Below, one piece after another: positions 41,717-56,804 of a stretch of DNA of 64,000 nt. The stretch's first letter is position 1, and every line of letters begins with the position of its first letter. Source of the stretch: the human T2T-CHM13v2.0 reference genome, Homo sapiens; assembly GCF_009914755.1 (NCBI RefSeq), contig NC_060938.1; one strand, 5' to 3'. A program made the translations under genes and the position numbers. Under the pieces are notes generated by a model. That model was given only the letters and a program-made list of their open reading frames with translations, was not told the origin of the DNA and did not search any database.

Positions 41717-44700
41717 AACTGGAGAACACAAGAACTGATAGAATCAAATTTGGGCTGTAAAGATAGCATGGGAGGGACTGAGCGAGGGTAGGGACCTTCA
41801 ATATAGTGATATATGTTTGAAGCAGATAACTTAGCCCCCTTGGCATGAGTTGAGAGACTTATAGGCAGTGCTGAGGATTAAAATCATATTTTCATAATGA
41901 AGTCATACCATGTAAAGTGTCTTTAATTATGAAATATTATATCTTCCTGAAGTTGGATTAAAAAGCAAAGATATTTCTTTTTCACACATAACAGTAAGTC
42001 CAGAGACAGGATGGTTCAAGAAGAATCCCTCAAAGCTCAGGCTCTGCTACTCTATAACTCTCCATCTTTTGCTGTCTTTGCAGTGTTCCAAGCTTCACAT
42101 CAATTCCTGACAAGGGTGACAGCCAGAGGGCAGACAGTCACAGACCATGTGAGTCAAGTTTGGAATTTCTTTGGCAATACAGATACTAAAAACTAAGCTC
42201 TGTCGATCTGATTCTGGTTAATTGCTTGCCTAGTAGCCACAGCTTAAGATTCTGTCTAGGCATTTTCTCTGAGTCTGAAAATGTCAGTGTCTTTACTGTC
42301 ATCTCAATACCCTGGACATACCCAGGGCCCTCAAATGAATAGCCTTTATCTTGAGGCAAATCAAAACAGTGGAATTGGGTTCTCTTTGTCTGGCCAGGAT
42401 CTTTTTTTTTTTTTTTTTTTTTTTTCTGTTTCCTGACTCCCTCTTGTGCTTGCACTAATTTCAGTTTGGATAAATAATTCAACTTTTCCAAACCTAAGGG
42501 GTTCCAAATTATCAGACTCATAGGCAATTTGGATTATAGATTGTAGACTTCAGGCTCCCCACCTTAAACAAACAAACAGAAACGAACAAAACTCTCTGCT
42601 TTTAGACAGACCAGTTTCAACCTAAACTTGTCTTTCTCTTGTAAGACCTTACTGAAGGCTGAAATATGTACACAACATACTCCAACATCCTAAAGTTTTC
42701 CTACCAGTCACTTAATACTATCCTCTTATTCACAGCATCAATGCCCCTAAATATGATTTCTGTTTAAACCAATTGCTTCCAACCACATAGCAAGGTTTAC
42801 CAACTTTCCCTTTAGAACAATATGATCCTCTCTTGCCCCTTACCCTACTTCTCCTCTCGGTCAACCCTACAATTTAGGCTATTTTACTTATGGCTCCTTA
42901 TTTCTAGAACTCAAAGTTTCCATAAACTTGAATTTTTTCTGCTGAGGGTAAGAGAAAATCCCAATCCGAAATGGCTTAACCCACAAGAAAATCATTCCAG
43001 GCAGAACTGCTCCAGCTCTCTGCAATTTGACAGTATGTCAAAGCTTTGGCTCCAGCTCTCTGCAATTTTGTACCTAGTGATGGTCTTACATTAATTATTG
43101 AATGGAATGGATAGGGGGAGGCAGGAGGTAACCATGAATACTATGGAACCCAACTGATATTTCTATGGAAGTTTTGCTGTTACTGTTAAGGAGAAGGAGT
43201 GGAAAAAGTGGAAAGTCGGGTTGACTCCAGATTAGAAATCGGTAAAATATATGAGGGAGAAGAAAGAAATTGAAGATGTGATGAGAACAACATCAAAGTA
43301 GCTTTCAATGAAGTCCAATGTGACAGGAAAAAAACTGAATCCAGAAACTGGCTAGTAAACCAGAGGAATGTAGAAAGATCAAAATTGGGTATGAATAGTT
43401 AAAAAAGCTAGGGTGTAGGGAATAGAAGAATTATGAAAGATCAGAGACTGAGCTTCGGAACTGAAGGCTTGGACATGAAACAATTACAGATGAAGATAAA
43501 ATTTAAACACAGAAATTAGACGCTGAAGTAGAATTATTTCAGTGACGGTCACTATAAAATAAGACATTAGTGAATTATAAGGATACAGACTTCAGTAGGT
43601 TGCAGACTTGAACTTTGAAGTTACTAAGGATGACGGCAAGAATTAATGTCATAAAACAGGTTGATGCAAAGCCAAGTGCTAAAATCCTTGAGAAATGTAG
43701 GGGCATAAATGAAAAATAGCCAGCAGTCAAGAGCAAAAATGGGGAAAGAATGCTCTAACCAGGCAAACCAAGCTTCCAAAGAAGGGGCAAAAGAAAAGAT
43801 TACTGAAAGAAGGCCTGAAAATAGCTGTGCGAAGCCAAAAGAATGATACTATTTAAAACCATGGCAATTACAGAAACAGAAGCCAACTCCTCAAAGACGT
43901 GAATACAAAGTATTATATACGCAGTTTGGTTTTTTTTTTTTAACTAACTAAAAGGTAGATGAGGGGCTTGCTCAATGTTTTTTTTGTTGTTGTTTTGTTT
44001 TGTTTTGTTTTTTACCTGCATGTGAGGGAAAATGCAGGCAGATGGCTGGATTATACTAATACATACTCTAGCATTTCTTGAACTGTATGTGATAGGACTC
44101 CATATGCATTCAAAAAATCATATACTTTGGCACTGATCCTTCTTACTTTCAACCATTCAAAAATTCAGATTTTACAAGATAGCATATATTACATATAACT
44201 CTTTTTTTCTGTCAGCAGGAAGGAAATACACAGAAGGAATAGATGGTAATTTAAGATTCTTGAAGTCAAATACTATCAAGCAAAAAGCTCAATACATAAG
44301 CAAGCCAATTATTCTGCCAATTCAGCAGGGGAAACAAAACAAAACAAAACAACAACAACAACAAAAATCCCAAGAAGTATTCCCATTATCCATATTAAAA
44401 AAGAATATGAAAAAAAATGGAAACATTCAGAAAAGCATATACTATGATTGGAGTCCAATTTTTTCCTTTATCGTTTTCAAAGCACCATTACAAACCAATG
44501 ATTTCAAACAGTACCTTAAAAGAAAAAGAGAAGCAAAAATACCACAACTTACGACTAGATTATTTGTATCTATAAAGTTTTCAGTCTCCTAATATGTGTT
44601 ACCTACATATCCCTGAAGTACACCACAATTCCCTGATGTAAATATCCATTGCATTGTCTTTGAGGAAAGTGTACAATTTGATCCATCTGGGTTTTTTTTT

Positions 44701-46873
44701 TCCCCTGCAGTGATACGCGATTTGATATTACACATCCTTCAGTAATGAAGTAGTTTTGTAATATGATATATATCTGATAACCTTACTAAGATTCCAGAAA
44801 TGTAAAAAGCAGGAAAAAAGAAATAAATCAGAGAAATTTTTAAGAGAAAAAAAGCTTTTTGCCGTTTTGTATATTTTTTAAGTAACAAATCTTAAAGCAG
44901 AAAATAAATTATGCTAGAAAAAGAGAACTGGTGGAGACACAGAACCATACTGCAAATATGAGAAGAGCATCATATGATCATATAAAATGACTCAGTAAGG
45001 CTACTTATTAAGTAATTTATTCTTTAAGCCACAATATGTTATATTTGTAAATCAGTATAATTTTTATTTTAATACACCCTTCCAAAATACCTTGCAGTCA
45101 CTTTTTGAAAATAATTAGCCCTAAAAATCAAAAAGAAAGTAGCTGTATTATAAATGTGTTAAGGTGGCTTTGTGATTTTATTGAGAATTAAATATCCCTT
45201 TGAAATAATATTCAGTAATACATTTTTAAATTTTTTTTCCAAAATTATTTACCATGTATTTCCACATCACAGATTTACTGAGCACATTTCTTACTCTTTT
45301 TTCCTTGAAAAACCATTGCTCTAACTGCAACATGCTGCATTAATTTTTAAGGCTTTTAAAGGAGAAATTACAATGCCTGCTGTGATAATTGTGATACGAC
45401 CCTAACTGTGGCAATCACTTTAAAACTGCTTCTTTGCTTATCATTAGTAATGCTAAGTGATAAAAATAATTGGAAGTATTCTGGGAAATGATTGTTAAAC
45501 AATTTTTAATATTCTGAAAACTCAACCTAGAAAAGTCTCAGCACCATGGACTGGAATTACTGTATGATAACATGGACCCTTCTAAATCTCTTCTAATTAA
45601 GTAAAACCTCCAGATGAGATTTTCAATCAATCAATTCTCTCAACCACTCCTCTCGCTAGCTACCTACCTACCTTACAGTCAGGCTCATTGAGCCAGTTGC
45701 CAGATCAGGCTGACAACAGAATAATCAAGATAGAGCAATTTCCTGGGATCAGATCAGTTCAGACACAAGTCTGAAAGCTTCAGAACTGCTTTACTTCAGG
45801 GCAACCAGCCACCCAGTATGTGTCAGATGGGTTAAAATGAAAAGCAATCCACAGTGAGTGCAAAATGATCATTTCTTTCATCTTCTATATGTCCGAGAAA
45901 TTCATATGTAAAAGATAAAGCATCTTTTCCATGACAGCTCATCTGAAATAAGTATCTGTCACTCTTAAATGCTGAAAACTGATTTTATAAATATAATGCC
46001 CTATATTTTGTTTTCTTTTCAAAGAAAGTCAACTTATCCAAATGATTATTCTTTTGGAATGTACAGAGTTCTCGACAAGTGACAAATGACAAAGCACAAA
46101 TGATAAACCAAGAATAAACATGGATAAAAAAATCAATCACGACTTTCCTGCTTATTATCTTATAAACATCTGGGTTTAATTCAACCCAAAGATATATCAG
46201 ATGAGAATCAACATAGGAGCATAAAATCCATTTAAAGTAACTGATTATACAAGAGAAAAGATAATGTGAAATGCATACATATATCAGTGAAATGCGTTTT
46301 GTTGCTATCAAAAGGGCATAAAAGCAAAGTCTTGAAGAGGGTTGTGATCCCATAACACTGCTCAGTCAGTGAGATCCTCAGTGTCACGCATTTAAGTAAG
46401 CCCATCACAGTTGCTGCCAGTAAATGGCCCTAGTAACTACTGCATTTTTTAAATGCTTCTTTCTAACCAATACCTAGTTGAAAATATATAAATAAATGAG
46501 ATTTTAAAATAAATGCATTGGGAGGAAAGTTGTGTGAAAATAACAAAGATTTAGTCATTTTTTTTCCATTGGAATATTAGAAGATTAAACAATAATTCAA
46601 TATAGGAAACTTACACCTAAATTGGGGCAAGGGGTACATCTATTTATGGGCCAACTCTGAAAAGCCACATAATATTAAACTATGAAAAGGCTTAAGTAAA
46701 AAATATTTAAAAATTAACTTTTGTACTTTGAAACAGCCAAGACATAAGGATTCGTCTATCAAGGACATATTGATTATATGTACAGTATGGCACTCAAGTG
46801 TTTTTTCAAAGGATAGATGAATGAATGGTTGAATCACATTGAAAACCGTTCCTTAGGAATGTGGCTTTTATAC

Positions 46874-47224
46874 CTGATTATTCTTGCCTGTCAGTTCATC
46901 AACAGTTTCAGATTGTTTCTCCAACGCTCGTTCTAACTTCTTATGCTTAAGCTTCCACTGCCTAATGGATTCTTGAGCTTTCAGTTTCAGGTCTTCCCTC
47001 CTCTTCTCCGCCTCCTCTTTCAGAGCCTCTGACTGCTGGAGCTCACTGAGGTACCGCTCAGCCTGCTTGGTTGCATCCTCCGCATGGCGAGTCAGCTCTG
47101 AGATCTGAAGGTCAGCATGCTTACGCTCGGCCTCACATGTGTCAAAGTGATTCTGGATCTCCTTAAGTCGATCCAACATCTGCAGTTGCTGTTTTTCCCC
47201 ATTCTCCAGTTCACGTGTTAAATT
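46874..47224 (-). CDS. CEP128: CEP128 internal coding exon, 351 nt (NLTRELENGEKQQLQMLDRLKE...DELTGKNNQ)
   Basis: Acceptor tttattcgtag|AAT and donor CAG|gtataa on the minus strand; 117 codons, phase 0-0; coiled-coil peptide matches CEP128 as recalled; overlaps ORF 46868..47179. Confidence 0.95.
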
Positions 47225-49029
47225 CTACGAATAAAGCATGCAAAACATTAGGAACAAATCCTTGTCAAAATTGGATGTGTAGCATATCATCAAACAAGAA
47301 TCTCTAATGTCACTGAAGTGGAAATCATCTGTATTAAAATTCATTAGCAATCAATTTAGAAATCATGAGTCTTTTTCTTTGTATTTTATAACCACATTAG
47401 TTGGGAATAATTTTTTATATAAATATTCCCTTTCTTGGACTATTTTATCATCCAAAAAGGGAAAATATGTGTTTCCAATTGACTGTCACTAAAATAGAAG
47501 GCACTTTTGAAGCGAACAATGTGCATTATTTTAGTAACAACCTAGTGTTTTGTCCAGCTGAAGAAATATCGATGTTTTAAAATTTGTCAGGTTATCAGAG
47601 AACTATTAGTAGCAATCATATATAACATTTTGCCTTCTGGCAGCAAAACAGAATTATAATAAAAAATAAAAATAAGTAACAATAGAGTGACAGAAACATC
47701 AGCATAGATAACATATTAGGTTCCCAATAAAGTGTTTATACATTATTTCCAGATAAACCAACATAATATTATACATTGAAGCACTTATCTCAAGCTGATA
47801 TGAATCACTATAGTACAGATTTATAAATACACTTAATTTAACTTTATTTTGAATATTTCTCTAATCAAGAAAAAAACCTTCAGTCTAGCTTCCCTGAAGC
47901 CAGGATGGTGATTATATATTTGGAAATTACACTAAATCATCATGATTAATACATATTTTAAGAATAAGTAAATATCTATTTTAAGTTTAAACATGAGAAG
48001 ATATTGTTTTATGCAAGTTTATACAAATAAAATAATCATTAACATTAAGCCATTAAAGAATCATTAACATTAAGCCACTTTTGTAAAGCTTTGTAAGAAA
48101 GTGATAAATTCAGAAATAAAGCACTTACAATGAGTCACATAAGCTGACCCTCCTGAGCCTTAGTTTCCAAATACTTAGTGGCAACAAAAGTAACATAAAA
48201 AGGTCATGTGTCCGAATAAGAATGGGTTCCAGGGGTTGGAATGAGGCTGTGAGTTGGATAAACAATAAATAACATCTCCACTGTACTAAGGTCCGGACAA
48301 ATGAAACTAGAAACATTTACCAAGCTCCTTTGGCCCCAACAGCAGAGGTTCCAGGTCCAGATTCTATGATCTATGGCTCAAATAAGGTTAAATATAATTT
48401 CCCTCATGATTAAAATCATGGTTTGACATTATGGCAAACATTTTTTTAAATGCCTCAAAAACAAACTTCATTTTCTGGGCGACAGGTTTGCATTTGTCCA
48501 GTTTGCTAAATTCAATGCAGCCTGGAAGATGTCTCATCCACCCAAATGGTAAATTGAGAACTGTGTACTTGTGTGTGTAGAAAATTCTAAAATAAGATGA
48601 GAAAACCCTTGTAATTGTGGTTTACCTTTTGCTCTTATTCTAAAAGTTTTACCAATATGCTAGAAATCAACTTGATTAACAAGCAGCAATCAAGTGATTC
48701 CTGATCAAAAGAGAAATGGAACTGATTTTTCTTTTCAACAAATACTTGGAAAGAAAGTGGTTATACTTCCTGTTCATCAAGCATATGGTTTATAGAAATA
48801 TTAATAGGACATAGTTTTAATACCAGAGAAGCTAACTCTAATTAGGGAGGTATTCTCACTAACCACTAAATTATACTAGATAGTCCTAGGTGCTAAAACA
48901 TGATGGAGAGTTACCTAAAGGGGTCTATAGACTACAATGTGGCTGTAGAGAGTCTCCCATAGGAGGTGATGCATAAGCTGAGATTTAAAAGAAAAGAAGC
49001 TAGCAATAATAATCAAATAACTATGACTG

Positions 49030-49270
49030 TGACTGAAATGCATTGAGTACTCGAGTTATACCAAAGATTGAATGCTGTATATGAATTACCTCATTCAATC
49101 CCAACACAAATCTAAAATGAGACAATATTATCCCCATTTCAGTGAAAAGTAACCAACATTTGCTGGAGTTAATAACTTGCTCAAGATCACACAGCTAATA
49201 AGTGAGGGCATAGGGATTTGGACCTGGATAGTCTGCTTCTAGAGCCCATGTTATCAACCTATTGCTAAAC
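49030..49270 (-). mobile_element. MIR
   Basis: attatccccatttcag...taacttgctcaagatcacacagcta...ggatttggacctgg. Confidence 0.75.
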
Positions 49271-50294
49271 TTCCAGATTCTCAGATGACCCCAACTCCAG
49301 GCCTCTTCAGTCACCCACTGCCATGGTTTTATCTTGGTGTTTTTATCAGAACTGCCACCTTTAAAGCAAGGGGTTCCTGACTCCACCCTCTTCCCATAAC
49401 TCTGGATTTAATTACCAATCTAATCAGCTATTACACCCTCTTCCTTCTGTGTTATCTGTGCTTCATTGTCAAGGAGATGACCACTCCCTTGAGATTTCTT
49501 TTGCTAGCTTTAAATCCTGGCTCTCTAACCCAAACACTGTATTTTTTCACTTTAGCCAATCTCTTGCTTACACCTAGACTCCCTCTTTAAACTGTTCATT
49601 CACTGAACATAAACAACAAAACCACCAACTCTAGGTGAACTTAAAAAGTTCCTAATTCCTACATCAGGTTGAGTCCTGTAAGAAAAATCACACAGGACTA
49701 TCAGTTGATGTGACCACATAGAGAGTCAACTCACTGGCACCCAGAAAGTCTTCCACATGCCTCAACCCAGCTCACACAAGGGCCATTATGACAAAAAGTC
49801 TCATCTCTGACCCTACCATTTTTACCTTTGGTTTTAGTATGTACTATAACTCCTCCTTCAGAAGTAAAATTGGGCAGGCAGTTAATGCAGGATACCCCAA
49901 ATATGTCCTACTTGTAGTATTTTAAAATTTACCAATGGTCAGTTTCTTCTCTTTTCCAGCCTCCAAGGAAAGGGGATTCTTCCTTAGACAAATAGCCTAT
50001 CTCTGCGATTTTCCTACTTGACTATTCTGCTTTACTTCTCTCATCTCAAAAACTAACAGTAAAGATTTTAAAAAATAAAGAAAAGAAAAACAACACCAAC
50101 AAAAGCACTTTCCTCAATCCTACATTATCTTCTACCCAGTACCATGTACTCATCTTCCTCTTAAGCCAAGATCCTGGAAAGAGTGGTCCATACTTGATGC
50201 CCCTACAACCTTATTTCAGTTCACTTGGTTCACTACATCTGGTGTCCATCATACTATGAAAACAGCTCTCATCAAGATCCCCAAAGATCACCTA

Positions 50295-50586
<292 letters not shown>

Positions 50587-53292
50587 TTTCCTTCACCTAG
50601 TTTCCTTGTAGCAGGTGACACTGTTAATAACCCCTTGCTCATTCTAACTCTCTGCTTCCTTAACTTTCATAATACTACTTCTCACTAGTTCTCTATCTTC
50701 TTATTCTTCTTCTTTCATAATCTCCTTTCCTGAGTCTCTCCTACCATTTAGCCTCTTAAATCTAAATAACTCTATAAAGTTCCAGTATTATGCATCATCC
50801 CACCTACACAATACCCTCGGTAGATGAGTATTTAGGTAGACAGATATTAGTAGGTATTAGTGAGTCCTACATTCAGAAGCCATACTAACCCATCATCTCC
50901 AGACTTTCAAATATCTAATGGCTTCATAACTTTCTACACTTAGAAATCTCACAGGCATCTTAAATTTAGCAAGTCAAGAAGTAAACTTATCTGAGGACCA
51001 ACTCCTAACAAAAAGGCAGTCCTACTAAAATGGCAGGAAAGTGGCTCTCTGATGAGGGAGGATGGAAATGAGCTGAATTGTGTATTTTAATAGTGAGCAG
51101 ATCTGAAATAATCACTGTAGGAAAAGAGGAAATGAACAACTGATAGATGTCTAAAAGATAACAAACAGAAATAAGGTTCTAGTTAGATAATCTCAAATTT
51201 ATAATGGGCCCAAGAGTATACCAAATTCTTTGGATTTCTCCAGCAACTCACTTGAACCCAGAAGCAAAGTAACTTCAGGGTTATTTAATCTTCTGTAACT
51301 ACAGAGCAACAACAGGGAGCACAGGATTAACATATTCAAGCCCAGAGCTTACGCAGGCAAACTCTTTTGTTCTCACATTTAAAAACTGCGGACTCTTATA
51401 TTAACATGCTACATGCAATAATTCACTTTGAATAATATTTGAAAAGATCATGTCATTGATTGGGTATGTGAGTGTAAATGAACAGAAAAGGGTAGGATCT
51501 TCTTGTAAATAATTGTGGTTTTCACTACTCAAGAGAAAGCAGGTTTGAATTTGTCCTGGATGAACACCTCTTCTAACTGCCCTAAGTCTGGAAACTATCA
51601 GTAGCTACTGCTTTGCTATCAGCCTGTGTTATGTTTCAGGTAAAATTCATCATAGAGGTCCTTCCTATATTCTCCTAAGGATCCTATTCAGCCATTGTTT
51701 CGGCATTTCTTTAATCCATTTTCCTCAAATAACCAATCAGAAAAATCTAACTGTAATAAATATTTATCCCACATCAATCAAAGGACTATACTACAGAACC
51801 CTCATATCAATTCCCAACACACATACACTCTCACTCACATACATATGAACATATACATAGAGCACATAAGTGTACAAACACATAATAAATCCATGCATAA
51901 ATGCTTTCAGGGTATTTATAGTAAATATTAAGGCACAAGTAATAAATATTATTTTCCTAATGCACTACATGAAATGCTAAATGAAAAGCATTTTACTTAT
52001 TTATTCCATTATAATGATTTTCAGTTCTATTATTACTATTATATATTCCTGGAGGCATCTTCTACACTGAGGAACTTTTTACATTTAGATTGTGTGAAAT
52101 TATCTCAGCCACTAAAGCAGAATGGTTAAATTTCATATCACTTAATTAAGTCCATGTTTATTTCTTGCTATATAAGCAGTGTCAAAAAAAGGAACAACTC
52201 AAAAACAGAATTATCCATATTACCATAAATTCTTGCCCATACATTGCCAAAAGGCTTATAAAAGCTCCATCTAAATCTAAAACTTTATACCTTTCAATTC
52301 TCCTTCTTTTCTCTTTCTTTCTTCAACTGGGAAAAAATGGTGATGAGTAGTTGGGTTGAAGGTCTCAGGTTTGCTGGTAGTTGGAAGGATTTATAGGACT
52401 CGGCATATTACAGTCATAATTATGTTAAGATTTATTAAAGAGGAAAGAAAGAAAGCAAAATAAGCAAAGAGAAAAAGGCACACGAAGTGAAGTCCAGTGG
52501 AAACTAAGAGTCCACTTCCAGTGAAATTACGCAAGACATGTTCAATTTCTCCAGCAGTGAATTCTGACAACACATATAAAGTGTTATCTATGAGGAAAGC
52601 TCATTGTGTCCAAAGTTTTAATTAGGGGCTAGTCACTTGGGCACCATCTACCTGTATGGAGCAAAATTTTAGACTCTCAGTAACCAGGTGGTCAAAATAA
52701 ACTATATTTTTTGTAGTCTAGACACAGTGAATTCTCCTTATTATTATTTAAGTAAAACTTTATTTCAGCGTAGAAAACTACTTATCATCCAAGTTCTCAA
52801 ATGCCAGAAAAGAACTGCTAAGCCTGCATTTAAAACATTTTCCATGAGGGTTTAAGAGACATAAAGTAGACTACCACACAGGTGGCAACAATAACTACTC
52901 ATTTGTTCACTGATGGAATGAACGTATAATATAATATAGTGCAATTTTTCCTCTACTCACACTTGACAGTGAACACACACAAGAGATTGGGCACCTTGGT
53001 GAACATTTAAAAACATACATTGAAAATGGAAAATCTACCCCCAAATAAACCAGGATAAACAATGCATATTTTAAATAATCATTTTCATTTATAGTATTTA
53101 TGTGCTTTGTATAGAAACTTGTAAGGGTAAGTGAGAAAACTGCCAGACTGTAATGACTCAAAAGTCACATCTCTAGGAAGACAGTGGCATATCATGGAAA
53201 CAGAATGAGTCACTCAGGCTTGTGTTCAAATCCCAGCTCTGCTATCCTGTGACCTTAGAAGGGTGCTTAACCTTCATGAACCAAAGCAACGT

Positions 53293-54357
53293 TGTTGCCG
53301 GAAGTCAGGGACCCCAAACGGAGGGACTGGCTGGAGCTGTGGCAGGGGAACATAAATTGTGAAGATTTCATGGACATTTATCAGTTCCCAAATAGTACTT
53401 TAATAATTTCTTATGCCTGTCTTTACTTTAATCTCTTAATCCTGTTATTTTCATAAGCTGAGGATGTATGTCACCTCAGGACCACTGTGATAATTGTGTT
53501 AAGCGTACAGATTGATTGTAAAATATGTGTGTTTGAACAATATGAAATCAGTGCACCTTGAAAAAGAACAGAGTAACAGCGATTTTTAGGGAACAAAGGA
53601 AGACAACCATAAGGTCTGACTGCCTGCAGGGTTGGGCAAAGAGCCATATTTTTCTTCTTGCAGAGAGCCTATAAACGGACATGCAAGTAGGGAAGATATC
53701 GCTAAATTCTTTTCCTAGCAAGGAATATTAATATTAATACCCTGGGGAAGGAATGCATTCCTAGGGGGAGGTCTATAAACGGCCGCTCTGGGAATGTCTG
53801 TCTTGTGCAGTTGAGATGAGGAATGAGATATGCCCTGGTCTCCTGCAGTACCCTCAGGCTTACTAGGGTGGGGAAAAACTCTGCCCCTGGTAAATTTGTG
53901 GTCAGACTGGTTCTCTGCTCTCGAACCCTGTTTTCTGTTATTTAAGATGTTTATCAAGACAATAAGTGCACCGCTGAACATAGACCCTTATCAGTAGTTC
54001 TGCTTTTACCCTTTGCCCTGTGATCTTTGTTGGACCCTTATCAGTGGTTCTGCTTTTTCCCTTTGTCCTGTTCTCTCAGAAGCATGTGATCTTTGTTAGA
54101 CCCTTATTAGTAGTTCTGCTTTTTGCCTTTTGAAGCATGTGATCTTTGTACCTACTCCCTGTTTTACACCCCCTCCCCTTTTGAAACCCTTAATAAAAAA
54201 CCTGCTAGTTTGAGGCTCAGGTGGGCATCATAGTCCTACCGATATGTGATGTCACCCCCAGTGGCCCAGCTGTAAAATTCCTCTCTTTGTACTCTTTATT
54301 TCTTATGGAAAATAGAAAGAACCTACACTGAAATACTGGGGACAGGTTCCCCCGATA
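53293..54357 (+). mobile_element. ERVK-class solo LTR, MER11 (MER11A-like), inserted in a MIR
   Basis: tgttgccggaagtcagggacccc...ggttcccccgata; 6-bp TSD CAACGT/CAATGT; TATA box tataaa near 53774 and aataaa near 54192. Confidence 0.93.
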
Positions 54358-55222
54358 CAATGTCACTTATAAAATGGACTCAATAACACCGACTTCCAGA
54401 GGAATGATAACCTACATGAAGATAAAGCACCCAAAAGAGTAACTGACACATTTTAGGAACTCGATAAAGAGAACTTTTTATATCTTGCTAGCAACAATGT
54501 TAGAATTAGTGACATAATCCAATGTCTACATTTTACAGATCAGGAAATTGAGGCACAGGAAGAGTGATCAATCCAAGATAAGGCAGATAGTTTTTGGCAG
54601 AGAAAGGACTAAACACAGGTCCCTAATATTCAATCCAGTATTGATTCCACTTCACTATGATAATGATTTGGATACTATTCAAATGACCCCTTTAATAACT
54701 AAGTTGCCATGTTCCTTCTAGACAAGAGGAACTCCTGAAGAGGAATCATACGATCTTGATGCAGAGGTGTTTCCTAAATGTTTGTGAACTGAGAAAAAAA
54801 AATCACAGGATAAGGTTGACTTGTGTTAAAACTAAACCAGGCATCGACTAGTTATTTATTCCTTTCTATGTTAAAGACACTAGGTTAGGCACTAAGGAAG
54901 TACTTCAGTATAAGTACTGATTGGGGTGCATATGAATGAGCAGGAGAGAACAGACATTGCTATTAACTATTAGAAACCAGATTTAAGTTAGTATGTTTCA
55001 AGAGAAACTACTCTGTTCAGCAAGACCTCAGAAAGAAGAGAAATGAAACATGAGAAAGAAGGCAAACTAAAATGTGAAGAAGAGAAAAGATTGGGTCACT
55101 TATGGAAAGGAAACGAACATTCACTACCAAAAAACATATGGGCAACAGATTTCACCACTGGTGGCTGATTATGACAAGTAATAGCTTGAGAGGGCTAAAG
55201 AGAGATTAAAAAATAAGGTCAG

Positions 55223-56804
<1,582 letters not shown>

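Noticed and set aside
44705-44780. Possible C/D snoRNA (gtgatacg...ctga)
   Set aside because: Poor C box, no convincing terminal stem, and antisense to the host gene.
53983-54150. Three spaced repeats gacccttatcagtagttctgctttt, superficially CRISPR-like
   Set aside because: The spacers are related to each other, the repeats are an internal feature of MER11 LTRs as I recall, and this is human DNA with no cas genes.
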